A DNA stretch of 64,000 nucleotides, taken from a virus. Taxonomy: Duplodnaviria; Caudoviricetes. Made by a program: the position numbers and the translations under genes. The DNA lies in IMG/VR virus record IMGVR_UViG_3300021387_000452; one strand, written 5' to 3'. The notes under the pieces are model-generated. The model was given only the letters and a program-made list of their open reading frames with translations. It was not told the DNA's origin and did no database searches. This document shows positions 61,975-64,000 of this stretch, piece by piece (position 1 is the first letter of the stretch; every line of letters begins with the position of its first letter).

Positions 61975-62050
61975 ATTGAATGGAACCATTCCATCCAATT
62001 TATGAGAATCTTATAAACCACTTTATAGTGGTTGTAAACAAAAATCACCG
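61975..62050 (-). promoter_or_regulatory. Cassette copy 18
   Basis: Spacer AACCACT-TTAT-AGTGGTT (+ strand). Confidence 0.85.
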
Positions 62051-62576
62051 TGATCAGAATTAAAAGCTATAATATGATCGTCTGTAAGATTCTTAATAGT
62101 CGACTCTAATTCAGATAGATTAAATACATCACCAAAAGTGTCATTGACAAAGTCAAGAATATGATGAACTGTGGATGGCGCAGAAGTTTTCCACGTGATT
62201 ATCATTCTATCATGAACTGCTTGAATATAGATCTCACACCCTACATTAGTAAGATATGAATCCCAATTATCAGCAAGTAATCTTGCGTCAGCAGAATTTA
62301 TATTTGAAACCCAAAGCTCTCTCATAGTAACCACATATATGAGTAAGTGGGGTGAATAAATCACCCCTTGTTATTAGTCATCTTCAACCTCTTCAATGTC
62401 GTAGTATTCATCGAATGGCATTCCAAGTTCATCTTCCATTGATGCTTCGAAATCGTCCGACATGCTCAGATAGCATTCTTCGCAAAGTGCAAGATTGGAA
62501 TTGCGTGATACATAGGCGGCCTGATTAAAGCAACACATGCAAGTTCTGCGTTTCATTGTAAGCTCCTTTGTGGTTT

Positions 62577-62667
62577 ATTGAATGGAACCATTCCATCCAA
62601 TCTTGAGAATCTTATAAATCACTATGAAGTGATTGTAAACAAAAATCACCGACTTAAGTCGGTGATT
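62577..62667 (-). promoter_or_regulatory. Cassette copy 19
   Basis: Spacer AATCACT-ATGA-AGTGATT (+ strand). Confidence 0.85.
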
Positions 62668-63010
62668 CCATTATTTATTCGTCATCAATGCTCCATTCCA
62701 TCCAGTACTTAATACCGTCAATGACCATTTCAGTCATAGGCCATCCGCAATTAAAATCCACACCAGTGACTTTGAATTCTACCTGATTATCCAGATTCTT
62801 AATAATAGTATTCACTGCGCGGTCTTCACTGACCTTAGCACCGTACGCTGCATCCGGAATAAAAGCATTTGTCGGATCATTTAATTCCCTAAGAATTTGT
62901 TCTAGACTTTCTGTCTGGAACCATGTCTTAAGAATACCAAAGCAGGTGTTGCGCTTTTCGAAATTATGAAGATCACTAATAGAAATTTCCATGACTACCT
63001 CCAGTAATTT

Positions 63011-63086
63011 ATTAGATGGAACCATTCCATCTAATTTCTGAATCTCTTATAAGCCAAGATTCATTTTGCGTAAACAAAAATCACCG
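63011..63086 (-). promoter_or_regulatory. Cassette copy 20
   Basis: Leader ATTAGATGGAA-TGG-TTCCATCTAAT. Confidence 0.85.
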
Positions 63087-63461
63087 ATTAAGCTGAAGCT
63101 TTTTGCGCTGGAAGCTCTCCAAATACCATAGACCCATTTGGAGTGAATGTGATTCTACGACCGTTTGGAGATACTATCAAACATCTATTAAGAGCCACGC
63201 TATTCATCTTAATGTAAGATAAGCATCCGCAAAGTTCATCTCCAGAATGAACCGCTCTATAAGAATTGAACTCAGTAAGAATGTAGAGAACGAATTTGCT
63301 CATTGATTACTCCATTTAGCCAATATGTGAAAATAGAAAGTTGAGAGCCATACCAATAACATCGGCAAGTTCTTCATGATAGATGCAACCAAGAAGAACG
63401 AATGGAATAAGCATGAAGCCCTGAATATCATCTTTCGTCATTTTTAACTCTCCATAAGATC

Positions 63462-63555
63462 ATTGAATGGAACCATTCCATCCAATCGATAATGCTCTTA
63501 TAAACCAGACTGAGAAGCATGTAAAATAAAATCACCGTCTAAGACGGTGATTTTT
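63462..63555 (-). promoter_or_regulatory. Cassette copy 21
   Basis: All three parts present. Confidence 0.85.
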
Positions 63556-63558
63556 GTG

Positions 63559-64000
63559 TTAGATAAAACTATGTTTTCGTTTACGCTTTAATCTCAATCT
63601 ATCTTTCTTCTCTTTTCGCTCTTCTTTCTTTTCTTTAATGCTTTCATCTTTCTTTTTCTTTTTATCGTTATTATCACCGCCGAGTAGTTCTTCAAGTGAA
63701 ATAACTTGGGCTTCATCTTCATCAGAATCCTTTGTTCTTACGATTTCATAGCCCTTCTTTTCTCTCTTTTTCTTTGGGATTTTGTCTAGAATTTCTTTTG
63801 GGATCTCTTCATTTTTCTCTACAACAAACGGAGGAGCGCACCCCTGACATGAGCTGCAGGCCACATTTAAAGCATGCTTCATTCTCTCTTCTACAGATCT
63901 ATATGGTGCCAACTCATTGAGCACCTTAAATGCACCAAGAGCCACAGAACCACCAATCCCAATTGCATCACAATCGTCAGCTGGCTCTAGAATTGAAAGA
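63559..64000 (-). CDS. HslV/proteasome-beta-like Ntn protease (5'-truncated) with Lys-rich tail
   Basis: The frame continues upstream of the track ORF: ...DCDAIGIGGSVALGA, resembling the AIGSG motif. Confidence 0.5.
   Translation of the reverse strand, partial: LSILEPADDCDAIGIGGSVALGAFKVLNELAPYRSVEERMKHALNVACSSCQGCAPPFVVEKNEEIPKEILDKIPKKKREKKGYEIVRTKDSDEDEAQVISLEELLGGDNNDKKKKKDESIKEKKEERKEKKDRLRLKRKRKHSFI

Noticed and set aside
47379-63025. Shared N-terminal peptides MEWFHSI / MVPS / MIFVY / LINWMEWFH in several track ORFs
   Set aside because: These are artefacts of ORF extension through the cassette; true starts follow the SD downstream of the hairpin.
47971-63555. Repeats as a CRISPR array or integron attC sites
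   Set aside because: Spacing is irregular (hundreds to thousands of bp), the intervals are genes, and the repeats contain -35/-10 boxes. No cas or integrase gene and no RYYYAAC/GTTRRRY ends were seen.
288-63920. Most plus-strand ORFs in the track
   Set aside because: They are antisense shadows of minus-strand genes; only 44097 and 50552 have their own space, SD and terminator.

Overview
This 64-kb window is a segment of a large, AT-rich, lytic dsDNA phage. It uses the standard genetic code and almost all genes lie on the minus strand. The host is probably Gram-negative, given an overlapped i-/o-spanin pair, sigma70-type promoters and GGAG Shine-Dalgarno sites. Coding content includes a sugar-nucleotide cluster, clamp-loader-like proteins, DNA ligase, a cytosine-modification block (T4 gp42-like dCMP hydroxymethylase, atypical C5-MTase-like protein, dNMP kinase, dUTPase), RuvC, an SSB-like protein, GATase plus amidoligase, GT32, a lytic transglycosylase, an FNT channel, adenine/N4 MTases, ThyX, RtcB, a second RNA ligase and many small early genes. 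The most striking structure is non-coding. (1) About 20 copies of a ~90-bp terminator / sigma70 promoter / 5'-hairpin cassette divide the early genes into modules; the hairpin stem covaries and its GGAAUGG apex is near-invariant. (2) A 3.5-kb RNA island holds 16 canonical tRNAs, five tRNA-like RNAs with rebuilt anticodon arms (one is two-headed, carrying a circularly permuted tRNA), a ~700-nt GOLLD/ROOL-like RNA with a split mimic of the 23S rRNA L11-binding domain, and an rRNA-type boxA. (3) Otherwise unrelated proteins share an N-terminal LEQRIARLE zipper followed by KxE, a candidate capsid-targeting signal. (4) An iteron/AT-rich origin-like region is present. All calls come from reading the sequence by eye; no database searches were run.
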